Positions 1 through 11,305 of a stretch of 64,000 nt of DNA are shown piece by piece. Both the position numbers and the translations under genes were made by a program. Where the stretch lies: the NCBI GenBank assembly GCA_002269645.1, contig NIVC01000985.1, positions 134,587 through 198,586 of the forward strand, written 5' to 3'. The stretch's first letter is position 1, and every line of letters starts with the position of its first letter. Below the pieces are notes generated by a model. That model was given only the letters and a program-made list of their open reading frames with translations. It ran no database searches and had not been told where the DNA came from. The DNA is from Macrostomum lignano. Taxonomy: Eukaryota.

Positions 1-1463
1 CAGTATGGGACAGGGGATAGAATGGTCACTGATGCAGTATGGGATAGAGGATAGAATGGTCACTGATGCAGTATGGGACAGAGGATAGAATGGTCACTGA
101 TGCGGTATGGGACAGAGGATAGAATGGTCACTGATGCAGTATGGGATAGAGGATAGAATGGTCACTGATGCAGTATGGGACAGGGGATAGAATGGTCACT
201 GATGCAGTATGGGACAGAGGATAGAATGGTCACTGATGCAGTATGGGACAGAGGATAGAATGGTCACTGATGCAGTATGGGATAGAGGATAGAATGGTCA
301 CTGATGCAGTATGGGACAGAGGATAGAATGGTCACTGATGCAGTATGGGATAGAGGATAGAATGGTCACTGATGCAGTATGGGACAGGGGATAGAATGGT
401 CACTGATGCAGTATGGGACAGAGGATAGAATGGTCACTGATGCAGTATGGGATAGAGGATAGAATGGTCACTGATGCAGTATGGGACAGGGGATAGAATG
501 GTCACTGATGCAGTATGGGACAGAGGATAGAATGGTCACTGATGCAGTATGGGATAGAGGATAGAATGGTCACTGATGCAGTATGGGACAGAGGATAGAA
601 TGGTCACTGATGCAGTATGGGATAGAGGATAGAATGGTCACTGATGCAGTATGGGACAGGGGATAGAATGGTCACTGATGCAGTATGGGACAGAGGATAG
701 AATGGTCACTGATGCAGTATGGGACAGTGGATAGAATGGTCACTGATGCAGTATGGGACAGAGGATAGAATGGTCACTGATGCAGTATGGGACAGAGGAT
801 AGAATGGTCACTGATGCAGTATGGGACAGAGGATAGAATGGTCACTGATGCAGTATGGGACAGGGGATAGAATGGTCACTGATGCAGTATGGGACAGAGG
901 ATAGAATGGTCACTGATGCAGTATGGGACAGGGGATAGAATGGTCACTGATGCAGTATGGGACAGAGGATAGAATGGTCACTGATGCAGTATGGGACAGG
1001 GGATAGAATGGTCACTGATGCAGTATGGGACAGAGGATAGAATGGTCACTGATGCAGTATGGGACAGGGGATAGAATGGTCACTGATGCAGTATGGGATA
1101 GAGGATAGAATGGTCACTGATGCAGTATGGGACAGAGGATAGAATGGTCACTGATGCAGTATGGGACAGGGGATAGAATGGTCACTGGGGCACAGGGGAC
1201 AGAGGATAGAATGGTCACTGGGGCACAGGGGACAGGGGATAGAATGGTCACTGATGCAGTATGGGACAGAGGATAGAATGGTCACTGATGCAGTATGGGA
1301 CAGGGGATAGAATGGTCACTGATGCAGTATGGGACAGAGGATAGAATGGTCACTGATGCAGTATGGGACAGGGGATAGAATGGTCACTGATGTAGTATGG
1401 GACAGAGGATAGAATGGTCACTGGGGCACAGGGGCACAGGGGATAGAATGGTCACTGGGCCAC
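1..1463. repeat. Minisatellite, 34-bp unit CAGTATGGGA(C/T)AG(A/G)GGATAGAATGGTCACTGATG, about 43 copies, runs off the left edge
   Basis: Unit read directly; variant units with GGGGCACAGGGG appear at the right end (about 1185-1460). Confidence 0.97.
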
Positions 1464-2722
1464 AAGGGACAGAGGAGTCAGAGTCAATTTAGATCAGTTG
1501 TTACAAAAACAAACAAAATACAACAGTAACAGTATAATGTTACTTAGCGCATTAATGGCTACTTCGCAACAAAAGCTGATAAAGAACATGTATAATGTAA
1601 TTTACAATACATAAATAATATATAGGATACATGGACAGTCAGATTAAATATACCAGTCGCTAAATTGGGATTAGCAACAATAAATAGAAACTTGTGCAGC
1701 AAAACAATGATTAGTTAGCCAACAGAGCAGATTGCAATGATTAACTAACACAATTCAAGCATTTGAAGCAATAAAGAAAATTATGGTGCCCATAACAATC
1801 CAAGTAGACAATGATGATGATGATGCTTAGACACTTTAGAAGAGACGAAAATCACGGGGAGATCCAGGGAGAGAGTGGAATTCTCGAGAGGAGGCCGAGA
1901 CCATAAGGTAATTCCGGGGTAGAATTTCTGTGGAATTTATCCAGAGAAGACCGATAAAATCAAAGGGGAAACAGGGGAATTCCGTGAGAGAATTGTAGAA
2001 TAATTCCATGAATTATAGGGGAATTCCGTGAGAGAATGTCTCGGGGTAAAAGTTGTAGGAATAACTAAGAGCAGCTTTAATGTCTAACATCTCAGTGGAT
2101 ATTTGGAAACAAAGATAACTCTTATCTAGTACTTAAGCAGCGACGGATCAATACAGTACACGCTTTTATTGATAAAATTTAGCTATAAATGTAAGAAAAG
2201 CAGTTTCTATAGCAGCCGGCAGTGTTGCACAGGAGCTTACAAGTGACAAACACAAAATTGCACGTTTGCACACGAATGAACGAATTTGTTTTAATTTACA
2301 GAAAAGGTGGCGCAAAATGGCAGTTGCAGACAAACTCTGCACTTGCGAAAACTAGCTATAAAAATCGCTTTTGATGTTCCATCTGTCTACTTATAGTAGA
2401 CAGTCGCTAATTGTCACGACATTATTAAATTACAATGTTTGCAAGAGTCTGCATTTGCGAGCAATCGATTATAACAAAAAAATGACAACTTATATAAAAG
2501 CGTGCACTACATTCAAACAAAAAACCATTGTCAATTAAAAGACAAGTTAACTACTCTTAGCTATAAACAAACAAATTATAAAATATTTACAATGTGCCTT
2601 AAAAATAATAGGCAATTTCGGTCTTATACAATAAACTTAGAGAACATGAAAATCAATTATTAGTAAGACTAACAATAACGATTAATTATATTCACGTAAT
2701 TATAATAGCCACAAGGTTTAAC

Positions 2723-3037
2723 AAGGGTGGTAGCAGTTCAGAGAGAGTGGCTATCCGATCAGCAGTTCAGGGAGGGTGGCTATCTGATCAGCAGTTCAGG
2801 GAGGGTGGCTATCCGATCAGCAGTTCAGGGAGGGTGGCTATCCGATCAGCAGTTCAGGGAGGGTGGCTATCCGATCAGCAGTTCAGGGAGGGTGGCTATC
2901 CGATCAGCAGTTCAGGGAGGGTGGCTATCCGATCAGCAGTTCAGGGAGGGTGGCTATCCGATCAGCAGTTCAGGGAGGGTGGCTATCCAGTCAGCAGTTC
3001 AGGGAGGGTGGCTATCCGATCAGCAGTTCAGGGAGGG
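2723..3037. repeat. Minisatellite, 29-bp unit CAGCAGTTCAGGGAGGGTGGCTATCCGAT, about 11 copies
   Basis: Direct reading. ORFs 2727, 2747 and 2863 are frame-cycling translations of this array. Confidence 0.95.
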
Positions 3038-3241
3038 TACCCTATAAACTTTTGGCCTAATCCGAGCCTTTATTTTCACGATCTCATAAATAAAATTCAG
3101 ATAGCTAAAGCATTAATAATTAAGCATGCAATAAAGGACGGTCAAAAAAAGATTATAAAGACATTCTAACAACATCAGTAAACAAAATTTTTCATTTCAG
3201 AAAAAAATTGTTCGAAATATAAGTAGTTTCTAAATAGAGCC

Positions 3242-4924
3242 TCAGGACAGAGTGGAAACTCGAGTCTGCAGATCGCATATTTTGGCGAATATTTTAATAG
3301 CCGGACCCAGCCTAATGCCGACTTTGGTGAGCAAATCCATGCGTCTAATTAGCATTAGAGAGATTCCGTCAACCTGTTCGTTAAGGAAACAGTCAGCTTC
3401 AGCTGGGTAGCCTTCGCACTTCAGCCAGTCTCGAACCTCCTCAACTGTCCAGTCTAACACGCTGGGAGTCTCTTCAACACCCGCGCCGTCGCTGCAGCCG
3501 CCGCCGTTGGTCGCCTGGCCGTCTGCTGGCGCGTCAACAACCGGCGCCGCGGCGGCCTCGCAGGCCCCATTGAGTTGACCGGCGGCAGCAGTCCGACTGG
3601 CGACTGCTTCGGCGGCGATGTCGCCAACAATCATGTGACTTCCGTCCATTGACAGCTTGGCCGTGACAAAAACCGGCTGCTGTTGCTGCTGATGCTGAGC
3701 AGTGGCCTGCTGGTGAATCTGCTGAGTTGAAAATGCCGCGTGAACTATTTGCGTCGTAGCCTGAAGCGGCGGCTGCTGCTGCGGCGGCGCGGGAGCAATA
3801 GCAGTCGGCACCTGATGCTGCTGGCGCTGCTGCGAGTGCGACTGCAGACTCGCCAACGGTATCTGGCCGGACTTGGACACCACAACGGCTGTGGCAGGCA
3901 GCACGACGGGTCGTCCAGCAGCGGCGGCGGCCAGAGCGGCGGCGTGATGATGCTGATGATGATGATGGCCGTGCGGCATCAGCGGCATGCGCATGGGATC
4001 TCCCGGCTCCAGTTTGGGAAACACTGGCGCCAGGGGACGCTTAACGGGCGGAGTCGGCGCCCCGTCTGGCCCGCTGCGTCGGCGCTTCCGACGATCGGCG
4101 GAGAGGCCGCCGCTGCCGACTGCGACTCCGACGCCGGCTACCCCGCCAGCTGGGGCGGGCGACGCGATGCCGCCGCAAGCCGGCGACTTGGCGGTCATCC
4201 GGTAGCTGACATAGTCGGCAATGGGCACACCGATGATGATGCCGCGCTCCTCCATCCGCCGAATCGCCTGGCGAACAGTTTCCGCTCCGACGCTGTGCTT
4301 ATTCAGCGTAAATCGGATTATCGTATCGAGATCGCGGCGCCGCTTCTGCCGCTGGCATCGGTCCATGGCTTCCACCACCCAGGCGCAGATCTGATCGTCT
4401 GCGCCGGACGCAACGCTCCCAACTGCGCCCGCGGCGGTGTCCGCATCGGCTGTTGAATCAGCGCCCGCAACAGCTTCTTCGGGCCCCGCGTCGGCAACAA
4501 CTAGCGCCCCCGCTTCAGCTTCAAGTTCAGGTTCCGCTTCAGCAATAACTTCAGGTCTCGATTCAACTACAACTTCAGGTGTCGCCTCAGCAATAGCTTC
4601 AGGCCCCGCTTCAACAACAGCTAGAGCTGCTGCTTCAGCGACAGCTTCAGGTCTGGCTTCGGCGACAATTTCAGGTCTGGCTTCAGTAATAACTTCAGAT
4701 CCCACTCCGGCATCAGCAACGATAGGAGCAGCCGCGGCCGGCTCCCCGATAGCGCTTGACACCTCCGCCACAATTAAGCCTCGCTTTGCCTCCCAATATG
4801 GGAGACAGATGATAGTAATGGCGAGTGTCAGCCGAGGGAAAATGAAGGTGTAGGAGGAGTGGGAAGGGTGTAAATTTGCAGTAATTGGCTTGTCAGAACA
4901 GCGCAATGTACGTCTGGAATGCAT
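3242..4924 (-). CDS. SAMD1: SAMD1/Atherin-like protein: acidic 8-aa-repeat region, SAMD1/KAT6-type winged helix (about 4196-4399), His/Gln/Ala low-complexity linker, C-terminal SAM domain (about 3260-3465). True 5' end uncertain.
   Basis: AWVVEAMDRCQRQKRRRDLDTII...IRRMEERGIIIGV..YVSYR matches the SAMD1 WH pattern (EWILDTIDSLRSRKARPDLERIC...SISYR). DWTVEEVRDWL...FLNEQVDGISLMLI..DLLTKVGIRLGPAIKI is a typical SAM domain. The first about 45 codons look like a pyrimidine-rich intron end, so a splice acceptor near 4785-4792 is possible. Confidence 0.8.
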   Translation of the reverse strand: MHSRRTLRCSDKPITANLHPSHSSYTFIFPRLTLAITIICLPYWEAKRGLIVAEVSSAIGEPAAAAPIVADAGVGSEVITEARPEIVAEARPEAVAEAAALAVVEAGPEAIAEATPEVVVESRPEVIAEAEPELEAEAGALVVADAGPEEAVAGADSTADADTAAGAVGSVASGADDQICAWVVEAMDRCQRQKRRRDLDTIIRFTLNKHSVGAETVRQAIRRMEERGIIIGVPIADYVSYRMTAKSPACGGIASPAPAGGVAGVGVAVGSGGLSADRRKRRRSGPDGAPTPPVKRPLAPVFPKLEPGDPMRMPLMPHGHHHHQHHHAAALAAAAAGRPVVLPATAVVVSKSGQIPLASLQSHSQQRQQHQVPTAIAPAPPQQQPPLQATTQIVHAAFSTQQIHQQATAQHQQQQQPVFVTAKLSMDGSHMIVGDIAAEAVASRTAAAGQLNGACEAAAAPVVDAPADGQATNGGGCSDGAGVEETPSVLDWTVEEVRDWLKCEGYPAEADCFLNEQVDGISLMLIRRMDLLTKVGIRLGPAIKIFAKICDLQTRVSTLS

Positions 4925-5898
4925 AAAATTTGTTAAAATTTAGCCGCCAAATCTTGAATGGAATGGTGCATAATTAATTTCAATTAATAGCATTACTAAC
5001 AGTAGGTTGACAAGTCTTGCACAAACAATAAAGCAAATAATTTGATCGCATACAACTTTTTTGTAAAGTTTTGCATTTCAGTCTAATTTACAAAAGTAAG
5101 TATTTATTATTAAGTATAGGCTGTTTGTCCATTGGTTTTTAAAAATAACAAATAGTTTACAAAACAGTTAACAAAGAGTTATTATAGCAGGCTGCACATC
5201 TTCAAATAATTGCTGCACATTTAAATGCCAATATTTTGGCACTGATGAATAGGCTAAAAAGCTATGCATCAAATGTAGCACTATAATCAACTAGTCAGTT
5301 CAAAGCCAAGAGCTGCTCTGTTCAACTGTATCTTTGATAACATATTTGCTTAATGTATGACCATACATATAAAAGTTAGCAATTCTAGAACATATTGCCA
5401 ATACCTTAGTCTGATACTTAGTCCAATACTCATTTTTTCTTATTTGTATGCTTTTAAGACTTAAGACTTAAGACTTTAAAAACAAAAAGTACTATTTTAG
5501 GCTTTGCCATTCACTATTGGCAGTTCTAAGTAAGATCACAGTTAGCATGTTGTTGTTATCATATAAAAAATTAAACTCATTCCTAAAATAACAAATATAT
5601 AGTTTCAACTAGTTACACTGTAGTCTAGTTCAACTTCATGTAGACTATGATAGGCTGGTACTTTGATGTACTTGTTTTGTTAACTTTTTTGCTGTTTTTA
5701 ATACTATTGTCTATTGACTATTTGGTCTATTCACAATATACTAAATCTCTTTTATCTTATATACAGGGACAGCTTAATATTTGGGATAGAAAACTACAAA
5801 AGTTGGAAGCCATTCTAATTAATAACTTAGTCCTTGGAAAGTATTTATTTGATAGTAGGTTTTACCTTGTAGTCAATGAGTTTGTGTTAGTGATAAAA

Positions 5899-5956
5899 AC
5901 CTATCTAAGCAATACTTTTTGAGGACTAAGTTATTAATAGATTGGCCTCCAACTTT
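5899..5956 (+). repeat. Fragment of a dispersed repeat; second copy at 58119-58177
   Basis: ACCTATCTAAGCAATACTTTTTGAGGACTAAGTTATTAATAGATTGGCCTCCAACTTT versus ACCTATCCAAGCAATGCTCTTCGAGGACTAAGTTATTAATAGATCGGCCTCCAACTTT. Confidence 0.8.
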
Positions 5957-7424
5957 TGTGCATATTGTTTCCTATTCCTAGTTGTTGAATAGTCCCTATA
6001 TATTCAAATATTCAAACTAGGAAATCATTATAAAATGCAAAGCTAATATAATTATTACTATATTTCCCATTTTTTATCCATCTTTTAAGTTTTATCTTAT
6101 ATTATAATGAATATATCTAAAATTTTGAAAAATTCATGAGTCATCACTTTTACTTTTTTAATACATAAGACATGATATACCATGGCTTAATGATAGAAAA
6201 ATATAGATTTTTGCAAGCTTCTATAACTAAATCTGAATATACAAAAATTTTGAATCTGAATCCAAATATCCAAATGTTTTTCCAAATATAAACAAAAAGT
6301 TAAAGGTAGGGCCTAAAGTTCTAAACAATAGGAGTAACTGACAATAGGCATCCCAGACACTTTTAAATTACAAAAATGCCTTATCATTTAATTAATAAAC
6401 TAATTAGTACCACATATGATTTTATTGTCATATTGACAAGATTGAAGATTCTAACTATCTTTGACTTATACTATATCTAAATCTATATAGTATCTAGCAA
6501 ACCAAATTCTTATAGGGCCTATACCCTATATCTAATCTATTCTAACTACTAGTACTAATACACTAATTGATGTTATATTTGCGCAATTTGATAACTTTAC
6601 TAGGCCTATAGGCCTAGGCTAAATCTATATATTTGCATTTTGAAAAAATTAAGTAATGATTACACTCTTTTACAGTTACATTTGTTTTGATATCTTGATT
6701 TTTTATATTTGGAAGCACATTTTAAAAATATTTGGAAAAAAATTCCAAATCCTAAACTGTCCAACTGTCTAGCCTATGGCAAGCTGCAAATTGTCCATGT
6801 TCTACCTTGCAGCTTCTTCCCCATATCTCTGCTTCTCTTCTGCTCATTAGGCCTATTGCCACTTGAGCTTAGCTTAGATTGTACATAATATAGATATACA
6901 TGTAACTTAGTAATCTGCACCCCACATTAAAAAATTTCTAGATCCACAACTGATAACAATGTAATAATAATAATAGGTTTCGATATTTATGGCCCAGTGT
7001 ATTTCCAATATTAATATTGCGCATAAAATTTTATAGTAATATTAATAAATGAGAAATTATTAACATAACAGAATAACCATGAGTTTACGACATTGACAGG
7101 AACCACATTCTGCATATTGCTTTTAATTTAAATCTGGCTTTTTTGCTAGGTCGGTTATGCCATTTAGCATAATTACTTAATTTTTTTATTTGGATTATAT
7201 GCCATCTAAACATCTGAGCCATCTTCAGGTGGCTCTGAAGATGGCTCTATTCTTCTTTATCTATGCCATCTTCTTGCAATTGCTATGGCACACTAGTCAC
7301 ACCAAAAACCAACTAGGGACACCTAATGTCTCATGATATGCAGCAAGATCAACAGACGACAGCATGCATGCATGCTTGCGCGCTTGCTAATTACGAATAA
7401 TGTGTCAATTGGTCTATTTTAAAG

Positions 7425-7804
7425 GGGTCTCCCTAAAACACGCACCGCACCGCCCCGACCGCTACACATTATAACATTTTTGTCAATGCAGTATTTTGAT
7501 TGCAAAGAAAACTATTTGTTGTAAGAGTAACAGAATAATTGACTTTAATTATTACTTTAAATATTATTATTATTTTTCATATTCTCGTTTGCATTATTAA
7601 ATTATATTATTATTATTTTATTAATATTATTAATTGTATCACTTATTATACACCGAATTAAATATTTTAAAGTAAAAAAAAACTAAATTTTATAAAAGCT
7701 TAAAGCTTAACATAAAACGCATTTTGAAATGTCTTCAGTTATAGTCCAATTTGTTTTAACGTGTAGCGCTGTGGGGCGGGGCGGTGCGTGTTTTAGGGAG
7801 ACCC
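7425..7804. mobile_element. Non-autonomous MULE/Mutator-like MITE, 380 bp
   Basis: TIRs of about 43 bp (7425-7467 and 7761-7804) with the first 24 nt identical (GGGTCTCCCTAAAACACGCACCGC). Perfect 9-bp TSD ATTTTAAAG at 7416-7424 and 7805-7813. AT-rich non-coding interior. Confidence 0.88.
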
Positions 7805-10800
7805 ATTTTAAAGAAAGATAATTATCTACGAAAATTAGCAGAGTTAAAACAAAGTAAATAATATATGTATTTATTTTTTGCCTTGTAGTGAAATAATGTT
7901 TCTTCTTAAAATATTTTCTAAAAAAAAAAAAATTTTTGCCATAGTGTTGCGATGATCTTGCAGCTAGTAATTTAATTGTGATCCGTATAAAATATTTTTG
8001 ATAGGCTATCTGCAGTTGTGCCACAACCACAGAGCCTTTAAAGTCGCATTAAAGAATAAAGATACATGGGTTGTACTTTACTGATTCCGAATACTAAATA
8101 CCTAATTTTGTACTATACATGCAAATACATTTTATGTTGTCCATTCGTGTACCCAAGGTAAAAAATTATCTTACATGGATACGACTATGGTGTTGTCGAT
8201 AATTGTGTTATAACCGCTTTTTTACCCTTGATACTCGCACTGGTTTGGAAATACTTATTACAGGTCCCCCAATAGACCGCGCCTGCGAACTCTTTCTATT
8301 AAGATAAAATTTGACGATTAACTGATCACATCTACACGCACACTTTTGCGAAACTATATATGATAGTATATGTATGGATTTCTGGATTATTTAGGCTAAA
8401 AGCTAGCTGGACGTTGCTGCAACATGTAATCTAAAAATGAAATATAGGCAAAGAAGTGCTACGTTTACCATTTTTATGGAAATTTAGTGAATCACATTTG
8501 TTGGGAAAATCAAGTATTCAAGCAACAAAATACTCGGAATAGTCCAGCAGTTAATTTTTAGCAGTTTTTCGCTAAAAACTTAATCTGTAAAATTTATACC
8601 AGCCTTACTATACAGTGTGTATTTTACGTTCAGCGATTCTGCGATTAGCTATTATAGCTATAACTTTATTGCGGTACATAGGTACATGGCCTAATATCTC
8701 TGGCCCTGATCTTTCCCGAAATGGAATGGTTCTATAGGTCTTGAATTTTTTTATGAATGACAAGCAGTCAAGAAAAGGTCAATGCAATTTCATGAATAGA
8801 ATTTAAATTGCAAAAATTACTTTTTTATAACTTGCAAATGAAGCGCCTGCTAAAATCGGCAAGGGCAGGGAAGGCTGCAGTTTTCCCCTGTGAGACTAGA
8901 ACCTTGCCATGAAGTAAAGGGTATTTGCTCGCTTTTTCGAAAACTTAAGACAAACTGCCTTTGTGGCACTTGTGCAGCCACGCAGAGCTGCCAGACGGCT
9001 CTGAGAACCCAGAAATCTATGCAAGGAGAAAACAAGCCTAACGCCAGCAGGCCTCCTTTCCCACAGGACTGGTTTGAGCTGGAAGAACTGTTTGCTCACT
9101 TCACTGTGACCCAAAATGCCCACGGTTAGTAAACTCCCAATGCCAAACCGTCAACAGCCAGACGCTTCTGCTGAGCTGTCCAACTTCCAAGTCTCTCTTT
9201 CTCGTCCGGGCTCCTTTGAATACCACACCAGAATTGTGGGAGTTCCCACGAATGAATTGGCCGATGGAGATTTCGACCCACCGCACAGTCTGAGACTCAT
9301 TTCCCCAATCTCTTCCTACCTATCAAACATATTCCATTCTCTCTCCCTAGATCTGAACGACCGTTCCAGGCCTTTCCCTCCAAATTCGCAGCCAATTTCT
9401 TGGAGTCGGCTTTTTAAGCTACCCAGCGCTGAATAATAGATTCTCGTCAAACACGAACCGCGGCGCGGAAGCTCTAAAATAGAAGAGAAATTGAAAGCTG
9501 GCCTCTGTAACTTTCCCAGGTGGCTGTCCTGCAACTTTGGCCACCTTTTGCCGATGGGAAGAAGAATCGATAACCAGATGGGAGCAGATAGAGCATTAGT
9601 TCTATCAACTATCCGAAGGTATTTCCTTTCGGAATTAAAATAATCCTAGCTAGTGCATGGAATTTTCTAACACTGTAGCATAAATTTGAAGCTTGATAAA
9701 GATGACTGCCGCCTTGCTGCTAAACCCAAAGCTTTCTTTACTTAAGAATCCAAATAGTGGAGGTCGGAGAAAATCCAGAGTTGGGTTTCATTTTCCACAT
9801 CGAATGCCGGGTCACGGGTTTGCAAGCTGGCCTCTACAGGCTTATCGAACTGACATCGATCATAATTTGATACATGGATAATGAGACATGCTCCATTTTT
9901 ACGTACCATTTTTATATGAAGCTTTAACTGCCATACAGTGCCGTATCGGTTTTCATCTTTGTCCTTAATCTCTGCTACTTGAATTGGGTATCAGAGTTCA
10001 TTCTAATATCGATGTACCCAGAGATACTCGTATAAGCCCTCTTCATAATGTTTACTTTTCTAACGAAAGCGCATTATAGTAGGACGAACATTACATGGTG
10101 TTCAATAGTCAAGATTCCTTGAATATCGCAAATGACCTCCTGTCGTTTGAACATGCGAGTCAGATAAAGTATTGTTTATCCGAATACATCTTCATGTCAT
10201 TACCCAAGGCTGAACTATCGCTCATCCAGTCTCCCTCTCCCACATACAAGCGGACGTTGTCCCTAGATCGTTCCATCTGTCCATCATACGCATGCTAATA
10301 GAATTCCTCCCTTTTGGTCGCTTGTCCGATTCCTTGGCGATGTGTTTAGTTAACTTGACTAGAGGACAAGCCAAATTCTGTCCTGGGGCCAGAATTCAGG
10401 ACTAAATAAGCTTGTGAGCCGCGGATTTCAAAGGGTATATGCTATTGTTTAGCGATATGTGTAGTGACGTACTAACAAGCAAATAAATATTTTGTATAAC
10501 TTTCTGTGCCAAATTTTACTTTCTGATTTAATAGCTAAGTTAAAGTACGAAACACTTTCTTGAACGTATGGACAAGGACGACTAAAGTAACATATATATA
10601 GGACGCAAGACTCAACTTTCGTGGAAAGTTCGTTGGAGGCCGATTTTCGTCATCGTTTGCATAGCCGAAATAGAAATCGGCCTTCAATGATATTTTCACC
10701 AATTCTGAGTCTTGCGTCCTTGTACTTTAGTAGTCCATGCGTATGGAATTTCCCGCGTCGAGTACCCATACTTTATAATGATAAATTTTAGTCACTCGTG

Positions 10801-11043
10801 GCTTCGCCACTCGTGAAAAATAATCATTGTCTACCTTTAAAACCACATACCCAATCTACCATTGCTGCACGATAACTCATCCGACGACAGGGATTCCTTC
10901 ACGTTCACTCGTGCGTGAAGGACATCGTGCACTCGTGCGCACTCCAGACCGTGCATGAATCATTCAATGTCTATGGAACCATCTCCGCGGCGATTCTGGA
11001 TAGACATTCTTCTCGTTTCATGGAATATTACGCTAGTAAATGT

Positions 11044-11305
11044 GAGGGCTTCATAAGACCAAAACTTCACAACGCCGAAATATCTTATTTCCCAAGACCG
11101 AAACTTCACAACGCCGAAACATCTTATTTCACAAGACCGAAACTTCATAAGACCGAAATTTCCCTATGCCGAAAATTCTACATGGTCCTTGTTATATATT
11201 GAGTTTTCTACGATGTGAAATTTCGGTCTTATGAAGTTTCGGTCTTATTAAGGACGAATCAGTAGTTTCCGGCGTTGTGAAATTTCGGTCTTGTAAAAGA
11301 GACCC
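11044..11305. mobile_element. Foldback MITE with CCGAAA subrepeats, probably MULE-like
   Basis: Perfect inverted repeat AAGACCGAAACTTCATAAGACCGAAATTTC / GAAATTTCGGTCTTATGAAGTTTCGGTCTT. Right end GAGACCC. Candidate 9-bp TSD AGTAAATGT (11035-11043) / AATAAATGT (11306-11314), 1 mismatch. Left terminus degenerate. Confidence 0.65.

Noticed and set aside
3740-4853. Plus-strand ORFs 3740-4456 and 4437-4853
   Set aside because: Antisense shadows of the GC-rich SAMD1-like CDS.
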